A DNA stretch of 62,261 bases, the filler included, from Basidiobolus ranarum (taxonomy: Eukaryota): assembly GCA_040143965.1 (NCBI GenBank). It is 5 parts of 5 records of this genome, joined end to end, with 100 filler letters (N's around TTAATTAATTAA, not from the genome) between each part and the next. Parts side by side here need not be neighbours in the genome. Positions count along the whole stretch, not along the records: positions 1 to 12,387 come from JASJQH010000546.1; positions 12,488 to 24,866 come from JASJQH010000547.1; 3 more parts are not named here. One strand, written 5' to 3'. Shown piece after piece: positions 1 through 12,704 of the stretch. Position 1 is the stretch's first letter. Every line of letters starts with the position of its first letter. The position numbers and the translations under genes were made by a program. The notes under the pieces were generated by a model that saw only the letters and a list, made by a program, of their open reading frames with translations, did not search any database and had not been told where the DNA came from.

Positions 1-158
1 GTTTAAAAAATCTATATATCTGAGAACTTCTAAGTTGGTAAAACTATTCCAAGTAAATTCCAATTGAGAATAATTGATAATATCTTAGCAAATATAAGAT
101 AGCCAAGTACTAAGCTATATATGACTATATATGTGTTTAGGCAATGCTAATTTCAACA
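1..158 (-). mobile_element. Partial copia-family LTR (5' half, minus strand)
   Basis: Reverse complement begins TGTTGAAATTAGCATTGCCTAAACAC and aligns to the LTR at 832..1178; cut by the window edge. Confidence 0.85.
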
Positions 159-831
159 ACCTTAAGAAAATTGTTGCAGTACCAGCAAAATACCATTATA
201 AAAGAGTAAGAACACAGTATGAAATGCAAATCTAAATTTTTTTGTTAGGGAAAAGGAGGGGATACTGTCATGATTCTGATCTTGCCATACTCATCCACTT
301 CAAATGGAATTCTTCTATTATTAGATTATGATAACACATCTGCTGTGCCATCCTTTCTTGGCAATCTTGTGCTAGTTCATCTGGATTATCTTATATGGAA
401 GTTATTTTCTTTGGAACATTCCATGAAATTTAACTAACCATGTCATCCCACAAATAGTATATTTCCACCAAGACCTTCCATGGAAGGTCATCTGACCATC
501 CTTACATCATCTCTCTTTGTATTGGTCCTTGCAGCCCCAAATATCCCAACACTTGAACTTGCCACAGTATATTATGTTTCACCCTGCAATATTGTCATTG
601 TTTCTAGTTCTTGTCGATGTCCTTATTGTGATAACATGTATTGGAGACTTAAGGACAAATGGATTTATATACATTCTCTTGTTTCTTGGATTTTATTTTC
701 TCTTTTGCAATGACATAGCTTATCCTTTGCTAGATCCTGTATTGTTTTAAATAAATCATTTTGAGCCAACCTTGGAGTTGTCACATTAATTAGTTGTTAG
801 CATGCTTGAGAGACTGCATGACACTCAAATA

Positions 832-1178
832 TGTTGAAATTAACATTGCCTAAACACCTATATAGTCATATATAGCTTAGTACTTGGCTATCTTATAATT
901 TGCTAAGACATTATGCATTATTCTCAATTGGAATTTACTTAGAATATTTTTACCAACTTAGAAGTTCTCAGATATATAGATTTTTCAAACTTGTGCTAGA
1001 AGCCCCAAACTTTGCACACATGTTCCTAGGACCTTCCTTAACATATTCTACATGTTAGTTTGTTTATATCTTGACAAACTATAAATGTCAACTTTCTACT
1101 CAATATATCAATAAGTGAAAACCACCAATTTCTCTAATTCTCCAAACCACTTCCTACAGGCTCCCAAATACTTTAACA
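832..1178 (+). mobile_element. Solo LTR (347 bp) of a Ty1/copia retrotransposon
   Basis: Termini TGTTGAA...TTTAACA; perfect 5-bp target-site duplication AAATA at 827-831 and 1179-1183; homologous to LTRs flanking the gag-pol remnant at 9.5-12.3 kb. Confidence 0.92.
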
Positions 1179-1429
1179 AAATAAGCCCTGATGCATTATT
1201 GAGAAAGTCAGATATACTTTTTTTAACTCTAGTGGCAGGTCAGATGGCATTTACATGCTTTAATAGTCTAAGCAGGGTAAGAAGAGAAAGAAGGCTGGAA
1301 TGAAGTGATTTTTCTTTGTAATGTCTTTCCATTAAATTACAGAAAACATTATATTAATAATACATGATGACACTGTTTATTTGAAGGATATTCAACTTTT
1401 CTTGATGGAAACAAGTGCCAAATCCTTTT

Positions 1430-1773
1430 ATGCGTACCGTTGTCCCACCCTCAGTGGTACAGTTCCCAGACTCGTAAATGAGTAGTGTCCCACCAGTAAA
1501 TCAATCGTCTCCACAACCTCACTCCACTGCATTGACATCATTCTCAGCCCTATACATGTGGTAGCAATAGCGGTGCTGTCGCTACCGGCCAGCGGGATAT
1601 TTCCTTTATACCGCCGTGTAAATCCAATCGCCGCCCTAACCGATAATAATAAGCTCACGCAAATGCTAGATAATATTGCCAGCGGTAAGTATCCGCAATT
1701 CGAAAGAATTAGTGCAGAAGCAAAGAGCTTAATATCAATGGCATACTCCTATACACTTTGTGACTTAATTTGA
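1430..1773 (+). pseudogene. Possible Ser/Thr kinase (CAMK-like C-lobe) fragment
   Basis: ORF 1558..1773 reads SGIFPLY...QMLDNIASGKYPQFERISAEAKSLIS, resembling kinase subdomains IX-X (LLSGxxPF...IxxGxY...ISxEAKDLI); upstream frames are broken and no N-lobe is visible. Confidence 0.4.
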
Positions 1774-2231
1774 GCTTAAAATGGTAACACCTTGTCTTTG
1801 CAATTGGTTTGCTGCAAATAAAACAAAATAAGGTTTATACATTTATGACTATCACTACTAGGTATCCATGCGACTTTGTACTCTATTAGTGTAAAAAATC
1901 AGTGCTTATCATTGTGTGATAAAAAAACTTGGGGTATTGCCTGCACATAGTGTAATTTACTGCAGTTGTGATCATTCATTTTGAAGATGGATCGTCGTGG
2001 GATGACACAAAGGCGGAGGCTCAGCTTGCATGTATTGACCAATCACAGGTATGTGCTTGATGTCGTCCACCTTTCTGTTCATTAAGTCAAAAGGCTGCGC
2101 CAATTGCACTTGGCAGATATCACGAGTTAACAAACTTCTCTATCTTCTCTTCCAACAACAAACTTCATCTTTACTATAAACACCATCACACAATAAACAT
2201 CAACGTCTTATAATTGTATCAATCATCAAGA

Positions 2232-2720
2232 ATGTCTCTCTCAAAGATCACCCCCTGCCTCTGGTTCGACAAGGAAAGCGAAGAAGCCGCCAAATTCTAC
2301 ACCTCAATCTTCCCAAACTCCAGCATGGGTACCATCTCCCGCTACTCCGAAATTGGCAAAGAACACCATGGTCAGGAACCGGGTAGCGTCATGATTGCCG
2401 CCTTCACAATCTGCGGTCAGACATTCACAGCACTCAACGGCGGCACCAACTTCAAGATCACCGAGGCCATCAGCTTCCAAGTTGACTGCGAAGATCAAGC
2501 TGAAGTCGACCGCTACTGGGAGAAGCTTGTCGAGGGTGGCGGTAGTCATAGTGCTTGTGGCTGGTTGAAGGATCGTTTTGGTGTTAGCTGGCAGATTATT
2601 CCGAAGCAGTTTACGGAATACATGAAGGATTCACAGAAGGCCGAACGGGTTTTCAAGGCAATGCTTGGAATGACCAAATTCATCATCGCTGATTTGGACA
2701 AGGCTGCCAAGGGAGAATAG
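2232..2720 (+). CDS. PhnB-like VOC/glyoxalase protein (3-demethylubiquinone-9 3-methyltransferase family), 162 aa, intronless
   Basis: ATG at 2232; motifs KITPCLWFD, AAKFYTSIFP, FTALNGG, EAISFQVDCEDQAEVDRYWEKL, CGWLKDRFGVSWQIIP; TATA-like CTATAAA near 2174. Confidence 0.92.
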   Translation: MSLSKITPCLWFDKESEEAAKFYTSIFPNSSMGTISRYSEIGKEHHGQEPGSVMIAAFTICGQTFTALNGGTNFKITEAISFQVDCEDQAEVDRYWEKLVEGGGSHSACGWLKDRFGVSWQIIPKQFTEYMKDSQKAERVFKAMLGMTKFIIADLDKAAKGE

Positions 2721-3753
2721 AGAGGCGCAGAATGATTGCTTTATTTTGTATGCTACAAAAAGTTCCATAAACATGAATAATAAGAAGACGAAACCTTTAA
2801 TTTATTAAACAAAGAAAATGTCTTGACTATTTCACTTCTACAATGGAAAGTGACTGATTTAAAAAGCGTATGATCACCTTTCAAGTTTATCGCTTTACCA
2901 TTGATAGAACTTACAAATTCCACCACTATCAATATTTAAAAAAAAGGAAAAACAACTCGATATTATGGAGCGTTTGGTTGGAAACTAGGTTGTTGGGAAC
3001 ATATTTGGCAGTAGATTATCTAAAAATCCACCGGTGGTTGAAGTGCTACTTGTAGTTGCTGACTTTGCCGGTGAAGCCGCATGAGTAGAAGTAGTCCTCA
3101 AGATTGTGACCGGTATCAATGATATGCTAGTAGGTTTCAATATCTTAGGAATATCGGAGATGGAAGGGTCATACTACATCTGTCTATGTATATCAAATTG
3201 GGAGACCATTTTAGGGTCATATATGGCTAGATATCAATGACTGCAAATCCGAGCATAGGTTGGATTAGAAACTAAAAACATAGGTACTGGTAGCTCAGTG
3301 ATTATAAAGTTCCGCACTTGCTATCATATGAAAAGATCAAGTAAAGATCTTGAATGTTGAAGTTCATTGCATCTCACAAACCTTATAAACCTATGCTTCT
3401 ATCCCAAACTTTAACCATTTTAGATATCACATCTGAGCTTGTATATGACAGATGGTCAAATATCGATTCAATGTCAATTAAAACATATACTTAGTGTGCG
3501 TAGGAAGTATCTTGGACTTCAAACCCTATATATTAATTACTAATTACTTCCTTACACATATTTGGTATACACTTTTAGTATTTATATATAAGTGAAATGT
3601 TGCCATAAGTTAAGATTTGGTCCTATATAATATTGGTAATATCCCATGAAAAATCCAATTTTGATTTCTCTACTTCGTGAGAGATTTAGGTTAGAATTTC
3701 ACTTAGAATTGGGTTACTTTCAACTACTGCAACAACATGGAACCAAATCAATA

Positions 3754-3821
3754 TTGAGGGGCATCATGAGCAGTTAGTGTAAATGATATGTTGAGGGGCA
3801 TCATGAGCAGTTAGTGTAAAT
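3754..3821. repeat. Direct repeat, 2 x 31 bp
   Basis: TTGAGGGGCATCATGAGCAGTTAGTGTAAAT at 3754-3784 and 3791-3821. Confidence 0.9.
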
Positions 3822-6529
3822 TGTCTATCTAATCAATATCAAGCTCAAAGTTAACAGTACCTATTGAGTATATACCCGGATGCTGGAACAATACCAAGAA
3901 ATCTTGAGTCTCCTGAATATTTACCTATCTTCCGAGTCTTATTTGTTGAGTATGTGTAGCTGGTAATAACATTTTTATATATAAGTACTCATAATAAGTT
4001 GTAGCTTAGCCTAAGAGTGAAATCATTATAGTTGCTCAGTTTCTCCGACCACTTCTGGATGATTCGTATCAAATGTCATTGTGGTCCTAGTAACTATTTT
4101 CTTCGCCAATATTCTAATGTTGTTTCTGCAACATCATGTATAAGTAACATATTCATCTCGTTTGAATAATCAAAAATAACAAAGGTCTACAGATGGGTTT
4201 TTATAGATGTTTATTCAAGACAACAATGGTGGTTGACAATAGTGAGAAGAACAGCATTATCTTACGGCATATGGAAAAGTCTTCGTAGTTTTCGGGAAGA
4301 TCCAATAGAATGCGAGTGAAGAGATCCTCCAGCTTTGGTAGACAGATTTTCAGTTTCTCCGGCACAAGGCAGCGAACATCAGAAGGCTTGAACAAACAAA
4401 TTTAGAATGTGGAAAAGAAATTTACAAAGATACAGTGAAGCATCAAGTTTGTATTTTATACTTACTAGACTTGCAAATTTTTTGTTATGGACAGGGATGC
4501 TACGATTCAATCAGATAGCAAGGGTGATGTGTATCACGTACTCAAATATCATCTATTATTATGCTTGTTACGTTTACTACGTGACCTGATTTTCTCATCC
4601 TATTAGCCAATCATATCCAATATATGGGTTCTCGACAAAAGGGTGGATATTTGTGCAGCTTATCACCATACTATAAGAGGAAAGATGATGTGCCGTCTAT
4701 AGATACGTGTTATTGTAAAGAAACATCTGTCCGATATAGTTACTCCATTTTCATCGCTGATTCAATCCATTCCATTCCACTTTCTATAGAATGAGATGTA
4801 TATAACTAAATTTATATAAGCACCATTCTGAACCGTGTTATGGATCGGGATTCTGCATCACCGATTTGTAAAATATCCCAGAGTGGCAGTGATGGAAAAT
4901 TGATTAATGGCTGGTGTAGTATGTACTCAGTTTCTATACTTATTGTGAGACGTTTTAAAAGACATGCCAGTGTCAAGTAACTGCGGTTAGAGGAATCTTT
5001 GTTGTATATGAAACCAACTAATTTTAAGAATACTTTCTAATTGGAAGATCGTCATGTACTTTGATAGCAACCGCTGGCTAGTCTGAATCAACAGATAACA
5101 CCTTAATTGGTAGGTGATAGTTGACTGGTTAATGTAAGCGTGGTTTACTTGCAAGACCTCGAATGAACACTCGATGTGGGTTATTTTTCTTCTGATCGCG
5201 ATGCTGATTAGAACTATTTATCCCACAACTCCTCGATCTCTATGTGAATCATCGAGTATTTATGCCCATATACGGAGAAGGAATCAATAATTCAGAATAA
5301 TTAGTTCTATAGTATTTCAGATGAAGTGAGTATAGAATTAACAGTGACAAACCCAAAACTGCAAAGGAAACATGTCTCATCAGGAATTTAGGAGTTACGT
5401 TTAGTAAACGTGTTCATAGAAATAATAGCACCAGTAGTTTAAGCAGAATTGTGTATGAATCATGATAGTTCTGCGGAGAATCAAAATCGTTGATAGTAGA
5501 TACAATACCTTCATGCTATATATCAGCACAGTTAGTGAATGCTCTAATCACGATCAACAGTCATAGCCCATTCTCCATAATGAATGTATTTATTATCACT
5601 GACACTCTGCATAGTAAATGGTAATTTGATGCAGGTTGAGACTATCTACCGCAATACCCCACCGGCAACGAAGTTTATACTTCTTTTAGCCACGTATCAG
5701 GGAGATCATCCGGTTGCTTCCGGATTCCTTCACGCTAAATCACCATCAAGACATTAGCTTCATCGAACTGAATACCTGTCCCAGAAGTGGGATAAATAAT
5801 CCAGAACAGCAATTACTAGTGGTATTTGACGGAGCATAAATCATTATATAATGGCCTTATTTAATACACATAATTATTGTTCATATTTGATTGGAAGCGG
5901 TGCTTGGTTTGTTTCGATATGCCATTTCTCACACCTCAAAAATAGAAGCAAGGTGCTGCGACACATGAAGAATGACTTTTATTTATGCTATTGCACATAT
6001 GCTCACAATTCGAGATCATTCTGACCATTTAGGTTGATGGTAAGGATGAGCGATATGGACTTTTCTACACTTGACCTGTATTTGAATAATGACTGAGTAA
6101 TTTCCTCTTTGATATTATCTATTGGCTATATGGTTGTATTCGAAGATCTGCGGAGTTTTATAGACATCTGCATCCATATTAAGAACGCTGATTTTCACGG
6201 AAGTGCAGATTTGAGAGTTTATACAAGTGGTGCTCGGTAAATTTGAACTCTTTACGTATCTAACATCAGGTGATAAGATAAATTGTCACACTGATGTTCA
6301 AGAATAGTCTCTATATTACGAGCGGAGATATGTATTATTGTAATGAACAGTTCAAAAGTTCAACACTACTGTCCGCGAATACTAGGCATATTAGATTCTT
6401 CCCTTTCAAAGGAACTTCAGAGGTGTACACTGTAATGAAACGGGTTTGTAATATTATTAGCAATACCAAAATAAATGTGTAGCATCAAGATTGGCTATGA
6501 AAATGAAGAGAAGTTATTTTTAAGCGTTT

Positions 6530-6856
6530 ATTAATGTCAATTCAAGCTTTGCGGAGATACACAAAGGACTAACAGAAAAATACTAGTAACATGCTGGAAC
6601 GCCATTACTGAGCATCAATGCTTTCGTTGGACCCAAAGGTAGTAGCCAAGGAGAGTTGCACCGAACACGGAGAGTTGAGCCAGCATAGATATCGGTAATT
6701 TGATTGTTAATCAGCCATTTGAGCGCGTACTAATTTTCTAGGACACCAGGGCTTCGATGATGGTAGCAGCCAGTAAGCAGGAATCTTCAGTAATAAACGC
6801 AACAGGTGAAATTTAGTTGGATTTTCAAAGTCAGTGTGCTTCTCTATTTATACTTT
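6530..6856 (-). pseudogene. Decayed small secreted-protein gene remnant
   Basis: Minus-strand TATA (AAAGTATAAATAGAGA, 6841-6856), then a signal-peptide-like end LAATIIEA and a frameshifted CPRKLVRAQMAD*, similar to CPMKVWCSKKSDC of the 53622 protein; no intact ORF. Confidence 0.35.
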
Positions 6857-7558
6857 GCTTGTATGAAGCATCCACATTTGGAGGGGTTATCCAGACATGG
6901 TGGTTATTTTTTCGAATCGATTATGGCACTGATTGATGATTCACGAGAGTTCTAAAAAAAGAAAAGAAAAAAATAGTTCAGAACATTTATTCGACTGTTG
7001 ATCATTGTAGAGCGAAGTCAAAATCTACTTTTACGAATCAGAGTCAGCATTTGCTAGCAACTTTTAGAGTATTTGTGACTGTGTGATAAAACTATCAAGC
7101 GATTAGGAAACTCATATCCTGTAATCAATAGTTATTACTATTCCTTTACAGATATGGTAAAGTTAACAGTTGTGAGGTCCAATAGAGTTCTCTACCTCGC
7201 ACTTTCATTCCCTGTGGTGACGCAATACTTGGTTTTTTTTCAGTGACATTGCCTTCTGTGCTGAAGCTAGACTTATTATTGTGCCTCGTGTAGCTGGATA
7301 TCTGCTACATGGCTATGCATTAATAACGCAGTTGATGCAATCAAGATGGTCTTTATTACACCTCCAAACAAACGAGTTATTAACATGTCGCAGTCATTGT
7401 TACATGGATTCCATTCATGCATTCACTTCAGTGACTATATGTAGTACTTAATACGCTTGATCTAAGATACCAACCATTTCATCGAATCTTTTCACCATCA
7501 CAGTATAGAAAACATTCTCACAGATACAATTTTAAACATTTATTCATGACAATTCAAG

Positions 7559-7863
7559 CTAATGGCATTGGTATACATGGTATCGGTAGAAGTGTGTTTG
7601 ATCATTGCTGCAAACTTTGCATCCCTGCACGATATCGCGGTAGAACGTTGATATAAACAACCAGACATTAGGGTACGCTTTCTTGTCAGAACACCATCAG
7701 GCCCATAGTAGCGCATCCATCAGCCAGCTCGAATCACCAGTATTGTCAGAACACCATCAGGCCCATAGTAGCATCCATCAGCCAGCTCGAATCACCAGTA
7801 AATTGTTAAGTAGGTGGGAATAGTTGGGATTACTTGGAGGGTATGGCTCTCTATTTATACTTT
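7559..7863 (-). pseudogene. Decayed small Cys-containing gene remnant
   Basis: Same 16-bp TATA segment (7848-7863) as at 6841; frame WCSDKKAYPNVW...GCKVCSND...YQCH* followed by AATAAA; 5' end disrupted by a tandem duplication and lacks an in-frame ATG. Confidence 0.35.
7683..7800. repeat. Tandem duplication, 60 + 58 bp
   Basis: TTGTCAGAACACCATCAGGCCCATAGTAGC(GC)ATCCATCAGCCAGCTCGAATCACCAGTA at 7683-7742 and 7743-7800. Confidence 0.92.
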
Positions 7864-8851
7864 ATAGACTATGTGTATAATTTCCATTTGAAACAATAGC
7901 ATCATATACAATTGGAGGTAGAGAGCGTGAGGAGTACCGTATGGTGAATGTTCAGTTGTCAATTTTACTGGACATGGTATACCAATTAATGTAATGACTG
8001 GACACCTCATTGAAAGTTTCTGATGATACTGTCAAAAACCTCATCATTCAAAGATCCACAATAGGTGTCAGATGAATCTTTTACCAAAGTAGTAAGACTG
8101 TTTAAGCGCATTTGGTTAACAGAGCCTTGTATGAATCACAGCGGGGAGTATCAGAGTGTTGAAGCAATTCCTATACACAGATGGGCCACATATATCTTGA
8201 GCATGACATATCTATATATGCTTTTTAGAAGTCACAGTACAGATTGCTCTTTCCTGTATTCCGTACAAGTCTCATATAAGATTCTTCCAATATGTGAAAT
8301 TTACTTTGTAAGAACATCTGATATATTAGGCAGTGCACTTTACTAACCAAACATTTTCCATTATGTATTTGTTGAAATCTAGCAAGCTAACAACAATATT
8401 GGATTCAGTTTTTCATTGAACTGTATATGAGAAGATGTACTATCCAGGACTGTCATTACACAAGTAAATTAATGATTTTTTTGCCTTTACATCTTTACCA
8501 AGTTGGGTGTCAGGAATATGTCACTTTGGGATTCTCCACATTCCTTTCTATCCTTTGCTTTGTGTTCAGGGCTTTGCACCTCATTCAGCAATTGATGTGC
8601 ATACAAATACAATAATATAGCTATAGTAAAAATACTTCATATTTCAGAGATTGAACTCTAGTATCAAATATGCCCAGAAATGCCTATTTACTTATTTTTT
8701 ATATACTGTTTAAATGTGTGGTCTTAATTCATCTAGTTCATCATTATTCCATTGGTTTCTTGGCAACAAGTTCTCTCCCATTTTAACCACACTGAGCATA
8801 TGCTCTACAATTGAGCACACAGCTTCATCCTTACAATAGTGTAATTATATA

Positions 8852-9560
8852 TGTTGAAATTAGCATTGCCTAAACACCTATATGTTCATATATAGCTCAG
8901 TACTTAGTTATCTTATAATTCACCAAGATATTTCCATTATTCTCAACCAGAATTTACTCAGAAGTTTGCAGATATATAGATTCTTCAAACTTGTGCTAGA
9001 AGCCCCTAACTTTGCACACATGCTCTTGGGATCTTCCTTACACATTTTACATGTTGGTTTGATTACATCTTGACAAAAGTATCAATATCCACTTTCTATT
9101 CAATTAATGGAGTGATAATCACCAATTTCTCTAATTCTCCAAACTATTTCCAACAGGCAATGCATTGGAGTACCTACTACTGATCAGGATATCATAGTTA
9201 AAATCCTGAATAGCCTGCAATATTTCATTAATGAAAGACATTGATTTGTGGATTATCAAGAAATCCCAATTAGGAAGGTTAGCATGGGAGATGAATGCAC
9301 ATTGGATGTCATTGGGATGGGAACAATTCAAGTCAATTTAACTGATGCTTCTGAAAAGAAAGTGTATACTTTAAAGGAAGTACTACATGTTCCAGATATT
9401 GCCAAGAAATTTAATATGGGTATACAAGGCCATCTCAGAAGGACTAATATTCAATTTTGATAAGCTTGGATGCACCATCACTGACCAAAATGAGAATTAT
9501 TTAGCTTTGGGAAAAAAGGACCAGAACTTATACAAACTTACATATAGTCCATGAGATTTA
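8852..9560 (+). mobile_element. Copia remnant: near-complete LTR fused to a protease-region fragment
   Basis: LTR from 8852 to ~9158, followed by sequence encoding DYQEIPIRKVSMGDECTLDVIGMGTIQV...VLHVPDIAK, a second copy of the region at 10.8-11.1 kb. Confidence 0.85.
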
Positions 9561-12310
9561 TGGTGAAATTAGCTTTACTGAAGCACATATATAGTCATAT
9601 ATAGCTTAATACTTAGTTATCTTGTATTTCACTGAGATATTATCCATTATTCTCAATTGCAATTTATTTGGAATATTTTTACCAGCTAAGAAGTTCTCAG
9701 ATATATAGATTTTTCAAGCTTGTGCTAGAAGCTCCAAACCTTGCTCACATGTTCCTGAAACTTTCCCTAACATATTCTACATATTAGTTTGCTGTCATAT
9801 TGACAAAACTATAGATGTCAACCTACAACTCAATAAATCAATGAGTGAAAACCACCAATTCCTCTAGTTCTGCAAACCACTTCCAAACAGGCTTCCAAAT
9901 ACTTCAACAGGTTATGAGTCCTGAGCTTGCACTCTCTTCAGTATTTACTTCTCAAATTTCTGGAACTTTTCCCTTTTCTGAAAAATTGGATAGAACTAAT
10001 TATCAAATTTGAAAAATTAAAATGAAAATGCTGCTGCAAGAAAAAGAACCTTTGGACACTGCTGTAGGAGAAGAAAACAATGAAAAACTATCTGAAACCC
10101 AGGTTTTACTCCAGTTTAAAGGGAACAAAGTGCCTTCAACACAATTTGCCTTAATATTAAAGACAAATTGCTAATTCAATATTCAAGAGCTAAAACTACC
10201 AAGAAGGTCTGTAAAGCCTTAGAAGACACCTACCAAGCATGTTTTGCTGCCAACAAGATGTGTCTAAGAAGGCAATTTTTAACTTCAAGATCAAGCCAGG
10301 AAAAGATGTTAAATCAATAATGAATAGAGTCACTACTTTAGTGGATGTGGTGGAATACATTAGGGTAACTACTGCTGATCAAGATACCATAGTTACAGTC
10401 CTGAATAGCCTGCCACACAAGTTTCAGAGCCTTGTAATGGCTCTAGAATCAAGAAGTGAAAATTTGACCTTAAATTATGTATTTGGCAGACTTCTGGATG
10501 AAGATTTACACAAATTTGGATCCAACCAAAAGAATGAAGGAAATGCTTTAATAGGCTATGGAATACCTTCCTATAAAGGTCAAAACAACTTTAAGAAGAA
10601 AAGTAACATATTCTGTGATTACTGTAACAGAGCTGGCCATTTAAGCAAAGACTGCTTTAAATAAGTGCAAATAAAGAAAAACATACTGAATCTAGAAATG
10701 TGGTTATGACAGAAGATCACTTGCTTATATCTGCTCCATCTGTGACTACTAACAAGGATTCTCAGCCATGGTATATTTATTATGGAGCCTACCAACATTT
10801 CACAAATGAATAACATTGGTTTGTGGATTACAAACAAATCCCAATCAGAAAGGTTGTCATGGGAGATGACTGCACATTGGATGCCATTGGAATAGGAACA
10901 ATTCAAGTCAATATAACTGGAGCTTGTGAAGAGAAAGTGTATACTATTAAGGATGTACTACATGTACCAGATATTGCCAAGAATTTAATATCTGTATGCA
11001 AGGTCACCTCACAGAGGCTAAAATTCAATTTTGATAAGTATGGATGCTTCATCACTAATTAGCTTTGGGAGAAAAGGATCAGAGCTTATACAGAGTTACA
11101 TATAATCCAAGAGGTTTATGTGTAAATACAAGTTATTCCAATCAAGAAACTATTCAATTATGGCTTAAGAGATTTGGCTATATTGAATTTGATTATTGAA
11201 GCAAAATGATCCAAAATCACCTAATTTGTGGTATTCAAATTAATCCCCAACTATAATGGATCTTTGTGAAGGTTGTATATATAGAAAACAAGCCAGGCCA
11301 CCATTCAAGAGCTCTGGTTTAATCAAATCTGTCAAAAAATAGGATCTAACTCATTCAAATTTGTGTGCACTTATGCAAAATTTATCTTTAGGTGTAAAAA
11401 GTAATTTAATCACATATATTGATGATCATACAATATACACTTTAGTCTACTTTATGGAGAGAACAGAAGAAGCTCTCTATATCTTGAGATATTTCAACAT
11501 GCTAGTGGAGACTGAAACTAGAACTAAAATCAAGAAAATAAGTACTGATATATGGTGGAGAATATACTTTAACACTATTCAAGCACTTTTGTAAAGTTCA
11601 TGGAATTAAGCAAGATACTAATGCCCCCTATTCACCCCAGCAAAATGGAGTTGCTCAAAGAGCTAACAGCACTATAATAAAATGGTGAGATCTATGCTAA
11701 ATGCACAAAATTTATTTCTTAATTTTTGGGCAGAATCTGTTGCTACAGCTGTATATCTGAAGAATAGGAGTTTTATTAGAAGTTTTGTCTAACTCTACAC
11801 CATATCAAGCTTGATTTGGAGTTAAACCTGATATCAAACATTTCAGGATCTCTGGATGAAATATTTATGTCAAAAATGTGATCAAAAAATGGTCTAAATT
11901 TGATCCAAAAAGTAAGAAAAGCATATTTTGGAGTTATTGTACTCAAACTGAGTCCTAAAGACTCTATGATATCAATATTTCTGATTTAAACTAGTCCAAG
12001 GATGTTATGTTCAATGAAAATAAAAAATTCTCACCCAAAATGACCACAAATGATGACAAAAGTCATTTTTCTCCTGATCCAATCATTCAAATTGATTCAA
12101 ACCAAACCATTAAAGAAAATAGCATTCCTGTGCACTCTTTGACCAAAGTTCTGCCTACTGAAGTGCCCAATACAATGTCAGAAGTGTAGAAATTAGCATT
12201 GCCTAAGCACCTATATAGTCATATATAGCTTAGTGCCTATTTTTCTTATATTTCACTAAAATATTATCCATTATTATCAATTGGAATTTACTTAGACTTT
12301 TTTACTAATA
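9561..12310 (+). mobile_element. Degenerate Ty1/copia LTR retrotransposon (5' LTR, PBS, gag, protease, integrase, partial LTR; RT/RNase H absent)
   Basis: LTR 9561..9909; PBS GGTTATGAGTCCTGAGC at 9910; gag with CX2CX4HX4C knuckle (CDYCNRAGHLSKDC); integrase YIDDHT and PYSPQQNGVAQRANST; many stops and frameshifts; LTR restarts at 12185. Confidence 0.92.
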
Positions 12311-12387
12311 TGTGAAAAATGTTGTAAGTCTGGTGACTTGTGGTACAAGCAGTAATTCCCAAAGAGGAAATATGGAGTATGGTGACT

Positions 12388-12487
12388 NNNNNNNNNNNNN
12401 NNNNNNNNNNNNNNNNNNNNNNNNNNNNNNNTTAATTAATTAANNNNNNNNNNNNNNNNNNNNNNNNNNNNNNNNNNNNNNNNNNNN
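12388..12487. other. Artificial 100-nt gap with six-frame-stop linker
   Basis: N-run with central TTAATTAATTAA. Confidence 0.97.
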
Positions 12488-12704
12488 ATTTTTCAAGCTT
12501 GTGCTAGAAGCCCCATACTTTGCACACATGTTCCTGGGACCTTTTTTAGCACATTTTACATGTTACTTTACTTACATCTTGACAAAAGTCTAAATGTCAA
12601 CTTTCAACTCTATAAATCTATGAGTGACAACCACCAATTCCTCTCCAAACTACTTCCAACAGGCTCCCAAATACTTTAACAGCTTAGGCAATGCTAATTT
12701 CAAC
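12488..12704 (+). mobile_element. 3' half of copia LTR followed by an inverted LTR-start fragment
   Basis: Aligns to the LTR 3' part ending ...ATACTTTAACA at 12681; then GCTTAGGCAATGCTAATTTCAAC, the reverse complement of the LTR start. Confidence 0.85.

Noticed and set aside
2984..3135. GC-richer minus-strand stretch open in two frames (S/T-rich, or HIIDTGHNLEDYFYSCGF)
   Set aside because: No start, splice context or recognisable family.
3990..4400. Exon-like minus-strand fragments (KLEDLFTRILLDLPENYEDF)
   Set aside because: Could not assemble a consistent spliced ORF or assign a family.
6655..6726. LysM-like reading ALKWLINNQITDIYAGSTLRVRCN on the minus strand
   Set aside because: Only half a domain, and another frame fits the small Cys-rich family equally well.
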